The notes under the pieces: model-generated
What the model was told of the DNA's origin: nothing
Database searches by the model: none
What the model saw: only the letters and a program-made list of their open reading frames with translations
Position numbers and translations under genes: made by a program
Shown: piece by piece, positions 37,703 through 48,600 of the stretch
How the letters are laid out: each line of letters opens with the position of its first letter
Numbering within the stretch: the stretch's first letter is position 1
Source: Myxococcales bacterium
GTDB lineage: Bacteria > Myxococcota_A > Polyangia > JAAYKL01
Assembly: GCA_012522445.1 (NCBI GenBank)
Contig: JAAYKL010000109.1
Location: 9,175-73,174 of the forward strand
Direction of reading: 5' to 3'
DNA: 64,000 nucleotides

Positions 37703-39538
37703 ATGAAAAACAAATTGAGAAGCGCCACCAGCACCGAAGGTCGCCGTATGGCGGGTGCCCGCAGTTTGTGGCGGGCCAATGGAATGAAAAAAGAGCAGTT
37801 TGGCCGTCCGATTATCGCCATTTGCAATTCCTTTACGCAATTTGTCCCAGGTCACACCCACCTGCACAGCATCGGCCAAGATGTGAAAGCCATTTTCGAA
37901 AAAGCCGGTTGCTTTGCCGCGGAGTTCAACACCATCGCCATCGACGATGGCATCGCCATGGGCCACGACGGCATGTTGTACTCGTTGCCCTCGCGAGAGA
38001 TCATCGCCGACAGCGTTGAGTACATGGTCAACGCCCACTGTGCCGATGCCATGATTTGCATCAGCAACTGCGACAAAATTACGCCCGGCATGCTCATGGC
38101 CGCCATGCGGCTCAACATCCCGGCCATTTTTGTGTCCGGCGGGCCCATGGAAGCCGGTCGCCGCGGCGAACAGCGCCTCGATCTCATCGATGCCATGGTG
38201 CTGGCTGGCGATACGGGCGTGTCCGATGAAGAGGTCGACGCTGTGGAGTCCGCCGCCTGCCCCACTTGCGGTTCTTGTTCGGGCATGTTTACCGCCAACT
38301 CGATGAACTGCCTCAACGAAGCGCTGGGCTTGGCGCTGCCGGGCAACGGCACCATCGTCGCCACCCACGCCAACCGGCGCCGCCTCTTCGAAGACGCGGC
38401 CCACCACCTGTTGCGCATGGTAGAGGCACACTACGAAAAAGGCGATGACACCGTGCTGCCCCGCTCCATTGCGAACCGCGCCGCATTTCTCAACGCCATG
38501 ACCCTCGACATCGCCATGGGCGGGTCTACCAACACCGTGCTGCACACGCTGGCCATTGCCCGCGAAGGCGAGATCGACTTTACGCTGGCCGATATCGACG
38601 CCCTGTCGCGCAAGGTGCCGGTGCTGTGCAAGGTGTCGCCCAACGGGCATTACCACGTCGAAGACGTCAACCGCGCGGGCGGCATTTTGGGCATCCTGGC
38701 CGAGCTCGGTCGCGCCGATCTGCTGGACACCTCTGTGGGCCGCGTGGACGGTCTTTCTCTGGGGGAGGCGCTCGAGCGTTACGACATTGCGAAAGCCGCG
38801 CCCGATGCCGAGGCCACGCGCATTTACGGCAGCGCCCCGGCGGGCAAGTTCAATTTGCAACTCGCGTCGCAGGACACGCGCTACGACGAACTCGATCGCG
38901 ACCGCGAAAACGGCTGCATCCGCTCTGTGGCCCACGCCCATTCTCCGGACGGTGGCTTGGCGGTGCTGTACGGCAACCTCGCCATCGATGGCGCCGTGGT
39001 GAAAACCGCGGGGGTCGACGAATCCATTTTTCACTTCAAGGGTCCGGCCCGCGTCTTTTGTTCGCAGGATGAAGCCTGTGAGGGCATCCTCGACGGGCGG
39101 GTGCAAGCCGGCGAAGTGGTGGTCATTATTTACGAAGGTCCCAAGGGCGGTCCCGGCATGCAAGAGATGCTCTACCCCACCTCGTACATCAAGTCGCGCG
39201 GCCTCGGAAAGGCTTGTGCGCTGCTGACCGACGGGCGCTTTTCGGGCGGCACCTCGGGGCTGTCGATTGGGCACGCCTCGCCCGAAGCCGCCGCAGGTGG
39301 CAACATCGCCCTGGTGCGCACCGGCGACATCATCGAAATCGACATTCCCAACCGCAAAATTCAAGTGCTGCTGAGCGACGCCGAACTCGCGCAGCGACGC
39401 GAAGCCGAAGAGGCGCGCGGAGACGATGCCTTTACGCCGTGTGAGCGCGATCGAAAAGTATCCAAAGCCCTGCGTTTTTACGCCGCCCATGTGTCGAGCG
39501 CAGACAAAGGCGCGGTGCGCAACGACGACATCCGCTAA
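37703..39538 (+). CDS. ilvD: Dihydroxy-acid dehydratase
   Basis: [52 protein letters not shown]. Confidence 0.98.
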   Translation: MKNKLRSATSTEGRRMAGARSLWRANGMKKEQFGRPIIAICNSFTQFVPGHTHLHSIGQDVKAIFEKAGCFAAEFNTIAIDDGIAMGHDGMLYSLPSREIIADSVEYMVNAHCADAMICISNCDKITPGMLMAAMRLNIPAIFVSGGPMEAGRRGEQRLDLIDAMVLAGDTGVSDEEVDAVESAACPTCGSCSGMFTANSMNCLNEALGLALPGNGTIVATHANRRRLFEDAAHHLLRMVEAHYEKGDDTVLPRSIANRAAFLNAMTLDIAMGGSTNTVLHTLAIAREGEIDFTLADIDALSRKVPVLCKVSPNGHYHVEDVNRAGGILGILAELGRADLLDTSVGRVDGLSLGEALERYDIAKAAPDAEATRIYGSAPAGKFNLQLASQDTRYDELDRDRENGCIRSVAHAHSPDGGLAVLYGNLAIDGAVVKTAGVDESIFHFKGPARVFCSQDEACEGILDGRVQAGEVVVIIYEGPKGGPGMQEMLYPTSYIKSRGLGKACALLTDGRFSGGTSGLSIGHASPEAAAGGNIALVRTGDIIEIDIPNRKIQVLLSDAELAQRREAEEARGDDAFTPCERDRKVSKALRFYAAHVSSADKGAVRNDDIR

Positions 39539-39543
39539 GCCAC

Positions 39544-40470
39544 ATGAGCGCCGATCTCAGCCGGGTCCTTTCCGCCATCCGCAGCGTCATTCGCGGCAAA
39601 GACGATATCGTGCAGGATTTGCTCATGGCCCTGCTGGCCCAAGGGCACGTCTTGCTCGAGGACGCGCCCGGCACCGGAAAAACCACCCTGGCCAAGGCCC
39701 TGGCCCGCTCCCTCGACATGCGTTTTTCGCGCATTCAATTTACGCCTGATCTGCTGCCCACCGACCTGCTCGGCAACGCGGTGCTCGACCCGCGCGATGG
39801 CAGCTTCACCTTTCACGAAGGTCCGGTGTTCACGCACCTGTTGCTCGCCGACGAGATCAACCGCGCCTCTCCCCGCACGCAATCGGCGCTGCTCGAAGCG
39901 ATGAACGAGAGCCAGGTGACCATCGACAACAACACCCGCATGTTGCCCGCGCCTTTCTTTGTGGTGGCCACGCAAAACCCCTCCGACTTTCACGGCACCT
40001 ATCCACTGCCCGAGGCGCAGCTCGATCGCTTTTTGATCCGGTTGTCCCTGGGATACCCGCAGGCCGAAGCCGAATTGCAACTCCTGTTGGACCGGCAAAC
40101 CCAAGAGCCGCTGGACGCCCTGGTGCCGTTGTTGTCGGCGGCAGATGTGTTGGCCTGGCAAGAGCAGGTGCGCCATGTCCGCGTCGAGGAGGACATCGCC
40201 CGGTACATTATTCGCCTGATGGATCGCACGCGGGAGCATGCGGACATCGCGCTGGGGGCCAGCCCGCGCGCCTCGTTAAATTTGTTTCGGGCCAGCCAAG
40301 CCCAGGCGTATTTGTCGTCGCGCGAATACGTCATCGCCGCCGATGTGCAGGCGTTATTTTTCAAGGTGGTGGCACACCGCATTCGCTTGACACGCCAGGC
40401 GAGTTACAGCGGGCGCAGCGAAGCGCAGGTGCTGCGGGAAATCCTCGATACTGAATCTGTCCCGGCATGA
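39544..40470 (+). CDS. MoxR-family AAA+ ATPase
   Basis: EDAPGTGKT, RIQFTPDLLP, DEINRA, ATQNP, LPEAQLDRF. Confidence 0.95.
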   Translation: MSADLSRVLSAIRSVIRGKDDIVQDLLMALLAQGHVLLEDAPGTGKTTLAKALARSLDMRFSRIQFTPDLLPTDLLGNAVLDPRDGSFTFHEGPVFTHLLLADEINRASPRTQSALLEAMNESQVTIDNNTRMLPAPFFVVATQNPSDFHGTYPLPEAQLDRFLIRLSLGYPQAEAELQLLLDRQTQEPLDALVPLLSAADVLAWQEQVRHVRVEEDIARYIIRLMDRTREHADIALGASPRASLNLFRASQAQAYLSSREYVIAADVQALFFKVVAHRIRLTRQASYSGRSEAQVLREILDTESVPA

Positions 40471-41741
40471 ACTTCGCCCGGCTCAACCACATTTTAATCC
40501 CCGAGCGCGCGGAGAAACGCATGGCACTGCGCCATGCCAAAGGGGGCTTCATCGTGCGCGGCGCGCTGCGGATTTACAGCGCCTTTACGCCCCTGGGGTT
40601 GTTTGTCTTGTTGTTGTGGCTCGTGATCACACCCCTGAGCTTTAGCCTGCACATCACGATGTATTACGTTGTTTGGAGCTTGGTGAGCGGCGCCTTGGTC
40701 GCGTCCTTGATCATCCGTCCGTGGGTGCGCTCCCGCGGGGTGTCGCTGCGCGTGTCGCATCCGCAACGGGTGCGCGTGGGCGAGGAGATGCACTTTCACA
40801 TTGCGCTGCACAACAGCGGCCCCGAACCGGTGCACGCCCTGGAGTTGGAGCCGCCTTTTTTACCCTGGGACGGCGTGTTGACCCAATCGCCCACACACGT
40901 GGACGTGTTGCCGGTCGACGCGCATCGCACGGTGGTCGCGCGGTTGCGTTTTCGCGCCCGCGGGCAGCACAGCATCATGCCCTTTGTCGCCGCACCGTTG
41001 GCGCCATTGGGATTGACCCGCGGACGACAAGTGGCCAGCGCCATCAGTTCGTTCACGGTGGTGCCGGGCTTTCCCGAGGTGTTGGGGCTCGACATGCCGC
41101 TGTATCCGCGCCACCAACCCGGCGGCATCGCCCTGGCTTCGCGCGCTGGAGAGGCCCTTGAGCTCATGGGGGTCAGGCCCTACCAGCCCGGCGATCGCAT
41201 CCGGGATTTGCACCCGCCCACCTGGGGCCGCACCGGCGTACCCCACGTGCGGCATTATCAGCAGGAATACTATTTGCGCACAGCGGTGTTGCTCGACGTG
41301 TTTACCCGCCGCGGACGCGTCTCGGAGCGCCGTTTTGAGGCGTCGGTTTCGCTGGCTGCGGGCTGCGTGGCGGCGCTGTTGCAAGGCGATGCCTTGGTGG
41401 ATTTGTTGCTGTGTTGCGAGCAGATGCCTCCGGTGACCATCGGTCGTCGCACCGGGACGCTGGACACAGCGCTCGATACATTGGCCTGCGTGCAGGGCTC
41501 GCCGGAGGTGTCGATGGACGCGGTGCAGGACTATCTGGCGCCCCTGTTGCCGCGCCTATCCAGCCTGGTGTTGGTGGCCCTCGAAGACGACGATGCGACG
41601 CGCGAGCTGCAGCAGTGGATCGCGGCGCAAGGGGTGATGTGCCGCACGCTTTCCGTGGGTCAGGGCGGACAGACATCCGGCGCGCCGGTGCAGTGGGTGC
41701 CGTTACAAGCGGTGGAGCGCTTTGCGCAGGTGCGGTTGTGA
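40467..41741 (+). CDS. DUF58 domain membrane protein
   Basis: VRPYQPGDRIRDLH motif. Two N-terminal TMs. Position in the MoxR operon. Confidence 0.85.
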   Translation: MNFARLNHILIPERAEKRMALRHAKGGFIVRGALRIYSAFTPLGLFVLLLWLVITPLSFSLHITMYYVVWSLVSGALVASLIIRPWVRSRGVSLRVSHPQRVRVGEEMHFHIALHNSGPEPVHALELEPPFLPWDGVLTQSPTHVDVLPVDAHRTVVARLRFRARGQHSIMPFVAAPLAPLGLTRGRQVASAISSFTVVPGFPEVLGLDMPLYPRHQPGGIALASRAGEALELMGVRPYQPGDRIRDLHPPTWGRTGVPHVRHYQQEYYLRTAVLLDVFTRRGRVSERRFEASVSLAAGCVAALLQGDALVDLLLCCEQMPPVTIGRRTGTLDTALDTLACVQGSPEVSMDAVQDYLAPLLPRLSSLVLVALEDDDATRELQQWIAAQGVMCRTLSVGQGGQTSGAPVQWVPLQAVERFAQVRL

Positions 41742-43624
41742 AGGCGTCGCCGCGTGCGATGATCCCTGCGGTGACAGCGGGCGTTGTGGGCTTTGCGCTA
41801 TTGACGGCGCACTGGTTTCCCACGGGTGTCCTGTTGGCGTTGGTGTTGGTGGCGCTGGTGCTGCCAAGGAGAATGCCGCTCGATAAAATTGGGCAAGTCA
41901 TCGTGGCGTTGTTTTGGGGTGCCGCAGTGTACACTTGGTACTTTGTCGTGCAAACCCCGCCGGAACACCGCAACCCCACACAGCTCGGTTTTTTGGCCTG
42001 CGCAATCGCTGCGGGTCTGCTGGGCATCGCGGCCATTCGCCTGTTGCTGAAAGCGCCCCACGGCGGCAACGGGGCCACGGCGGCGGTGATGGTGCTGGCG
42101 CTGTTGGCGCTCGGTTCGGCGCGGTTGTCCCACCGCTACACGCTGGTAGCCGTTGTGGGGTTTGCGCTGTTGTTTGTGGGCATGTGGCGCGGCGCGGCGC
42201 ATCGCCCTGTCGCATCTCGCATGAGCCCCGCACATCGTTCGCGGGTGGCGTGGACCGTGTTGGTGGCCGTGCTGCTCTCCGTGGCGGGCGTGGTGGTGTT
42301 GCCCGCGGTCTACCAGCGCGTCATGAGCGCTTACATGAAAAACCGCTGGAGCGAGAAGTCCGGGTTTTCAAGCCACATGCGCCTGGGTGCGTTGTCGGAT
42401 TTGTTTTTATCGCACCGCCCGGTGTTGCGCGTGATGCCGCCCGAAGACGCCCCAACAGTGCCGACCCATTTGCGCGCCGTGGTGCACAACCGCTACGTGT
42501 CCGCGCGCTGGTTGTTCAGCGGGGCGCCCACGGCCGAGGCCATGGATGTCGATACGGCTCCCACATCGCCGCAGGCGATACAGGTGATGCACCTGGGCGA
42601 GCGAGATCGCGTCTTTTTTACCCCGCTGCACACCGGGGACATCGCCGCGCCCGAAGGGCAGGTGTCGGTGTCGGCCACCGGCGTGCTGTCGCCCTTGCCC
42701 GGCGCTTACGCCCATTGGATCGCCTTTGCCCCGCGCCCGGGCGAATCCATCAACACCCTCGCCCCCGTGGAGGGCGACCGCGAAGTACCTGCGGGGCTGC
42801 ACCCAGCACTGGCAGCGCTCGCCGCACAAATGATCGGCGATGATTTGCCCCCGGCGCAGAGCATGGCGCGGTTGATGTCGGCGTTGGCCCGGGACTATCG
42901 CTACCAACTGACGGTGCCCGAGGCGGGGCGTCTCGATCCGCTCGCGGCATTTTTGATGGTGCACAAGCAGGGGCATTGCGAGTACTTCGCTTCGGCCTTG
43001 GCCCTGTTGGCGCGCACCCGCGGTATCCCCACGCGCGTGGTGAGCGGTTACCTGGTCAGCGAATGGAACCCATTGGGCCGTTGGTTCATCGTGAGAGAGC
43101 GCAACGCCCACAGTTGGGTAGAGGCCTGGATTGACGGCCGCTGGCGCACATACGATCCCACACCTCCGGCGTCGCTTTCGGGCATGCGCGATCAATCCAG
43201 CACCGCCGCTGCCGCCCTGGACTACGCGTCGTGGCAGGTCGATCGAATGCTCGATTTCATGGCGGCGTTGACAGCGCTGCAGTTGGTGTTGTTGGTCAGC
43301 GCCTTGCTCGGCATTTGGGTGGCGGTGCGCGTGGTGCGCCGCTTGCGGAAAACCCGGGCCACGCCCGCGCGGAGCATCTTGGCGTATCGTCCGTTAGATC
43401 CGCTCTTTGCCGAATTTTTGGCGCGCATGGCGGCCAAGGGTTTTGCCCGGCAGCGCGCGGAGCCCTTATCTGCGTTTGCCGATCGCGTGGCGCGCGACAT
43501 GCCGGCGGGCGAGGCGGCGGCGGCGTTGGTGCGCCGTTATGAAGCGGTGCGTTTTGGCGGTGTGGACAATGCGGATGTGGACGCGGATGCGCTGGCGGCG
43601 GCGTTGGCGCAGTGGCTCGGCTGA
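41738..43624 (+). CDS. Membrane transglutaminase-like protein (TgpA/DUF3488 type)
   Basis: Multiple TMs. GHCEYFASA, AHSWVE, YDPTP. GTGA overlap. Confidence 0.88.
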   Translation: MKASPRAMIPAVTAGVVGFALLTAHWFPTGVLLALVLVALVLPRRMPLDKIGQVIVALFWGAAVYTWYFVVQTPPEHRNPTQLGFLACAIAAGLLGIAAIRLLLKAPHGGNGATAAVMVLALLALGSARLSHRYTLVAVVGFALLFVGMWRGAAHRPVASRMSPAHRSRVAWTVLVAVLLSVAGVVVLPAVYQRVMSAYMKNRWSEKSGFSSHMRLGALSDLFLSHRPVLRVMPPEDAPTVPTHLRAVVHNRYVSARWLFSGAPTAEAMDVDTAPTSPQAIQVMHLGERDRVFFTPLHTGDIAAPEGQVSVSATGVLSPLPGAYAHWIAFAPRPGESINTLAPVEGDREVPAGLHPALAALAAQMIGDDLPPAQSMARLMSALARDYRYQLTVPEAGRLDPLAAFLMVHKQGHCEYFASALALLARTRGIPTRVVSGYLVSEWNPLGRWFIVRERNAHSWVEAWIDGRWRTYDPTPPASLSGMRDQSSTAAAALDYASWQVDRMLDFMAALTALQLVLLVSALLGIWVAVRVVRRLRKTRATPARSILAYRPLDPLFAEFLARMAAKGFARQRAEPLSAFADRVARDMPAGEAAAALVRRYEAVRFGGVDNADVDADALAAALAQWLG

Positions 43625-43631
43625 GGGGTCG

Positions 43632-44561
43632 CTATTCGTCGCGCTGTGTCTGGCTGGCCTTTAGTTCGGCTTCGCGCTCTTTGGTTTTGGCGCGCTGTTG
43701 TTCGCGTCGTTCGGCTTGTTCGGCTTGCAGGCGTTGTTCGCGGGCAAACTGTTCGTAGGCCTTTTGGGCAGGGTCGTCCTGGGCGGGGCGCTGATCGGCC
43801 AGCACTTTCGAATCGACGAACATGGTGAAGGCATAGGTTTCTTTTTCGGTGCTGGTGGGAAAGGTGAGCTCGTTTAGTTTTTGGTAAACGCAGAGCCGCT
43901 CGCTGGCATCGAGACCAAAGGCGGAGGCCGTTAGGGTGTGCGGCTTTCCGGAGGTGGCGTCGATGGCCAGGCGCAGGGCAAAGCGATAGATGCGGTTTTG
44001 CAAGCAATTCTCAAAGACTTGTTGATTGGCCCCGAGGATGTTGGAGATGGCCTTCCAGTCGGGCAGTGCACCCATGGCATAGAGCGGCCCTTCGATGCAG
44101 AGCTCGGGCGTCCAGGCGCCAGGACAGCGCGTGTCGAGGTCGTCTAGTGGGTCGAGGCACAGCTCGCGATCGATTTGGTGTTCGTCGTCGTCGCTCAACT
44201 GGGCGATGCACTTTTCGATGGTCGACGAAATGCCCATCAAGCATTTGCGCGGGGCGGCGTTGACATCTTCGTCGGTATCGCCAGTGGGCGTGGGGGTTGG
44301 GACGTGAATCACCCTGTGCGGCTGCGGTTTGCGGGCCACCATTTTGGCGTAAATGGGGGGGATGATCAAAAAGCCCACGGCCACAAGGATCAAAATGCCG
44401 CCGACGACCAGCGTGGCGGAGATGCGTTTTTTTTGTTGTTTTTTGCACAACACGCAGCCCCATGTAATAGCGGGATCGTATTTTAGGCCGTGTGCTTGGC
44501 AGGTTTCGAGTTTTCGTTTTGGGGATTCTTCTTCGATTGCGTCGGAAAATTCTGTGTTCAT
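43632..44561 (-). CDS. Bitopic membrane protein with CxxH..CxxC motif and Cys-rich external domain
   Basis: CQAHG..CVLC, TM helix, several Cys, C-terminal coiled coil. GGAG RBS. Confidence 0.65.
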   Translation of the reverse strand: MNTEFSDAIEEESPKRKLETCQAHGLKYDPAITWGCVLCKKQQKKRISATLVVGGILILVAVGFLIIPPIYAKMVARKPQPHRVIHVPTPTPTGDTDEDVNAAPRKCLMGISSTIEKCIAQLSDDDEHQIDRELCLDPLDDLDTRCPGAWTPELCIEGPLYAMGALPDWKAISNILGANQQVFENCLQNRIYRFALRLAIDATSGKPHTLTASAFGLDASERLCVYQKLNELTFPTSTEKETYAFTMFVDSKVLADQRPAQDDPAQKAYEQFAREQRLQAEQAERREQQRAKTKEREAELKASQTQRDE

Positions 44562-44677
44562 GAAATCTCCTGGCACCGTTTTTGGGGGCGCGTCTTGTGG
44601 ATCAGCATAGCGCAGTTGGGGGCATTTTCCAAAGCGCAGAGGGGGAAAAGTGCGAGAAAAGTGCGGGATAAGCGGCG

Positions 44678-45370
44678 TTAGCTGCGGCGATTCCCGATGA
44701 GCCCCAAGCGGATGAGGTAGTACAGCAGGGTGAGCAGGGCGCTGATGGCGGCGGCCACGTAGGTCATGGCAGCGGCCGAGAGGACCTTGCGAACGCCTTT
44801 GGCGTCATCTCTGGAGACGAGGCCCAACGTTTCGAGTTGGGCATGGGCGCGCCGGGAGGCATTGAATTCGACCGGCAGCGTAATGAGCTGAAAGAGCACC
44901 GTCACCGCAAACAGCGCGATGCCGACGTACACCAGCTCGAGGGAGTGCAAAATAAAACCGCCGATCAAGATAATCCACGGGGCATACGAGCCAAACCGGG
45001 CCAGGGGCACCGCCATAGAGCGCAGTTGCAGCGGCGCATAGGCTTTGGCGTGCTGCAGGGCGTGTCCCACCTCGTGGGCGGCGATGGCCACCGAGGCAAC
45101 CGAGGCCTCGCGGTATACGGCCGGGGAGAGCCTCACGGTGCGCGAGCGGGGGTCGTAATGGTCGGAGAGAAAGCCGTGGGATTCCTCGACGGTCACATCG
45201 AAGATGTGGTTGCGCTGCAAAATTTCAGCGGCCACATCCGCACCCGTCATGCCCGAAGAGGCGCGCACTTGGCTGTATTTGGCAAAGGCGGACTTGACGC
45301 TAATAGAGGCCCAGGTGGCCAGCAAAAGTCCGGGAATCATCAACATCAAGTAAAGGGGATCGATAAACAT
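44678..45370 (-). CDS. YugP-like membrane zinc metallopeptidase
   Basis: LSDHYDP, AAHEVGHALQH, TLPVEFNAS, AAAMTY. Confidence 0.92.
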   Translation of the reverse strand: MFIDPLYLMLMIPGLLLATWASISVKSAFAKYSQVRASSGMTGADVAAEILQRNHIFDVTVEESHGFLSDHYDPRSRTVRLSPAVYREASVASVAIAAHEVGHALQHAKAYAPLQLRSMAVPLARFGSYAPWIILIGGFILHSLELVYVGIALFAVTVLFQLITLPVEFNASRRAHAQLETLGLVSRDDAKGVRKVLSAAAMTYVAAAISALLTLLYYLIRLGLIGNRRS

Positions 45371-45397
45371 TTTCACCTCGAAATTTGTGTCCTGCAA

Positions 45398-45426
45398 AAG
45401 GTAAACACAGCGTGCCCACGGGTCAA
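45398..45426 (-). promoter_or_regulatory. Putative sigma70 promoter of the peptidase gene
   Basis: Minus strand TTGACC-N17-TACCTT. Confidence 0.45.
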
Positions 45427-45634
45427 TCTCATCGGAACAATACGCGCTGTGTTATGCGCTGCGATATGCGCTGTGAGTCGCGGAAACCCTACGCCTGTTC
45501 AGGTATTCGCACCGGGGCTTTATCGCTATAATTGTATCGATTTGTAAAGAGACTGTGAGTATGTTGGTGTCGCAAGACATGAATTGTTTTTTTTGGTGGT
45601 GAATTTCCCCATACAACGCAATGAAGTGAGCATC

Positions 45635-48600
45635 ATGATTTCAATAATGCCTGAGTCCCATCGTCCCATGCACGCTTTTGCCCGACTTTCTTATCTGCAG
45701 TCGCTGTTTGCACATCGCCGGGTCTTGTTGCTGAGCAATGACCCCGCGCTGGCCGATTTCGTGAATCGATTTCGCGCGCGGTATGTGCAAGCGGTATCCG
45801 ATGTGCCGCCCGAGACGCCCTGGCCCAGCGATCAATTGGCGGGCCCCATTGAATTTCGCACGGTTGATCCGACAGCGCTGCCGTTTCGGGAGGGCATGTT
45901 CGACATCGCCATCATTCCCGACATCGCGGTGATCCGCGATTACGCCGCTGTCATCGCAGAGTTTCGCCGCGCAGTGGGACGTCGCGGTCACCTGGTGGTG
46001 GCGTCGCCCAACCCAACGTGTGTCCAACGCCTGGGCCCGGTTTCGGATGGCCGCAGCGTTGATTATTACGAGCTGTATGATCTGCTGGTGGAGGCCTTTC
46101 CCAGCGTGCAGATGGTCGGGCAGGCGCCCTTTGTGGGGTATGCGATTTCCGACCTGGGCCGCGAAGGCGACGAGGGCATCACGTTCGACACCGGATTGCT
46201 CGAAGAAGGCGCCGAAGAAATCGAGTGGTTCCTCGCCCTGTGCGGACCAGAGCCCCTGCCGGTGGACGCCTACTCAGTCGTGCAAATTCCGCTGTCCACA
46301 GTGGGTTTGGCGGGTTCAGCGCCAGCATCGACAGCGGCGCTGGATGAGGCGTTGCAGCAAAGCGAACAACTGCGTGAGGAGCGCGCGCAATTGCTCGAGC
46401 AGTTGACGCAAATGGAAGAGGACTTGCGGCTTGTCGAGGACGATCTCTACGCCATGCGCCGGTCTGCGCCCACGGCTGCTGATACCGCTCCGCTGAACGA
46501 ACAAATTACCGCGTTGGAGGCCGAGCTTCGCGAGGTACGGCTCGAATTGGGAACGCGGGGTGTGCGCATTGAGTCGCTGCAAAAGGACTTGGAGCACGAA
46601 AAACAAGAAGCCGAAGCCGCCCGAGAGCGCGCGGTGAAAATCTCGAAACAATACGACGACGAACGAAAGGCCAACCAAGCGCAACGCATCGAAGCGCAGA
46701 TGTCGCGCGCGCTGCCCGACACCCAGTTGAGCGATCGACTGGCCGAACTCGAGGTGCAGTTGAAGCAATCGATCGCCGCTCGAGAGTCTGCCGAGCGCTC
46801 CCGCGACGATATTATCGATCGCACCCGCGCCGATGTGGCCGAACTCGACAAGCTGCGCCATCGCTTATCCGAAGCCGAAAACCAAAGGCGCAAACTGGTG
46901 ACCCACGAGGAGACCCTGCACGAGCAACTCGCCTTGGCCCACGATGAAATTCGTCGCTTGAGCGAAGAGTTGCGCGGCGCGGGCGAACAAGAGGACTTGG
47001 CACCCTTGCTCGAGAAAAGCCGCCGCCGTGAAACCGAATTAAACGCCCAGGTGCAGCAATTGCGCCGTGAGCACGAAGCGGCACAGTCGCAGTTGCGCGA
47101 GCGTGAAGCCCAGCTAGCGCAGGCCGAGAGCGCTGGGGATGACGGCGATGAAAGCGCCGAAGTACAACGCCTGGAACAGCACTTGAAAGAGGTATCGGCC
47201 GCGCTGCGCCAGGCGGAGCAAGAGCTGGTACACCGCGAAACTTTGGTGCGCGATTTGTTGGCGCAAATGGCAGCGCACACCGCAGGCGCTGTTGTGGGGG
47301 AAGCGGCGAGCGGCGCCGTGGAAACCGCAACCCAGGGCGACGACACCGAGGCCGCACCGCAGCGCGAATTAGAGCAGCGCTTGGCAGCGGCAGGTGCCGA
47401 AATTGAACGCCTCACCGCAGAGTTGTCTCGTCACGCCACCAGCGCCTCTCCCGCCGAAGACATCGGCGTGCGCGATCAGCGCATTGCGCGTCTGGAAGCC
47501 GAGTTGCAGGCCGCCACCTGGAAAGCCGAAGAGCTGACAGCGCGATGCGAGGATGGCCAGCGTGCGGTCGACCAGGCCCAAGAGCAACTCCAGGCGGCGA
47601 CACAACGCGCGGAAGCCCTGGAGATCGAATGGCGTTCGCGATGCGAGGCGCTGGAGGCGTCGTCGTCGTCGGGCGCAGGAGAGGACTGCGCGGCGGTCAC
47701 CCAAGAGCTCGAAAAAGCGCGTGAGCAAATGCATGTGCTGGAGGAAAAGCTCTCCGCGGCCCTCGGCGCCATTGCGGGCCATCATCGCTCCCGCGTGGAA
47801 GCGGAATTGGCCCTGACCACATTGATGGTGGAGCGCGAGCGCGTGTTGGATGAACTAGATGATTCACTTGCGTGCAACCATGCGCTGGAAGAGCAAGTGG
47901 CGGCGGCCATGGGAGCGATTTCCGGTCATCGGCGCGCCCGTGTGGAAGCCGAATTGCAACTCGCTGCATCGGATGTGGAACGCGAACAAACCCTGAACGA
48001 ACTGGACGAAATGATCGCGCTGAACGCCGCAATGCAGGACTCCTTGGCGGAGTTGCAAGGGGCGCTAAATGGGCATCGCCGCTCCCGCATGGAGGCGGAG
48101 TTGGCGCTGACCGCTGTGGAGCGCGAAAACGAGAAATTGCGCGAAGAGATGGCGCGCAACGATGATGCCATCGCAGATTTGACGTCGCGCATCGCTCAAC
48201 TGTCGGCCCAGCCATCACCCGCCGAATCGGCTTCTATCGACGAAGAAGAGGCGAATGCCCGCCTTGTCGCTTTGCAAAACGAACAACATGTACTGCAAAC
48301 GCAGCGCGATGCGTTGGAAGCAGAGGTTGCGCGTTTGCGAGACGAGTTACAGGCGGCACACCAACGCGTCGATGTCATGGAAGGCGAGCTGGCCGCGCGT
48401 CTGGCTGATGAGCGGCAGGTGTGGGAACGGCAGCTCTCCGAGACGCAGGCGCAATGCGAGGCAGCGCAGACAGCGCAAGGCGAAAAACTGCACATCCTTA
48501 CGGGGGAGTTACGCAGCGCCGAAGCGCATTGTGCGCACCTGGAGCGTGAACTTCACAGCGCCCACGAACAGCGCGGTCACTTGGAAGGCGAACTTCGCGA

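Noticed and set aside
37535-39490. 651-aa ORF antisense to ilvD
   Set aside because: Shadow ORF from high-GC codon bias on a conserved gene. No recognisable motifs.
39544-43624. MoxR-DUF58-transglutaminase operon
   Set aside because: Widespread, previously described gene triad.
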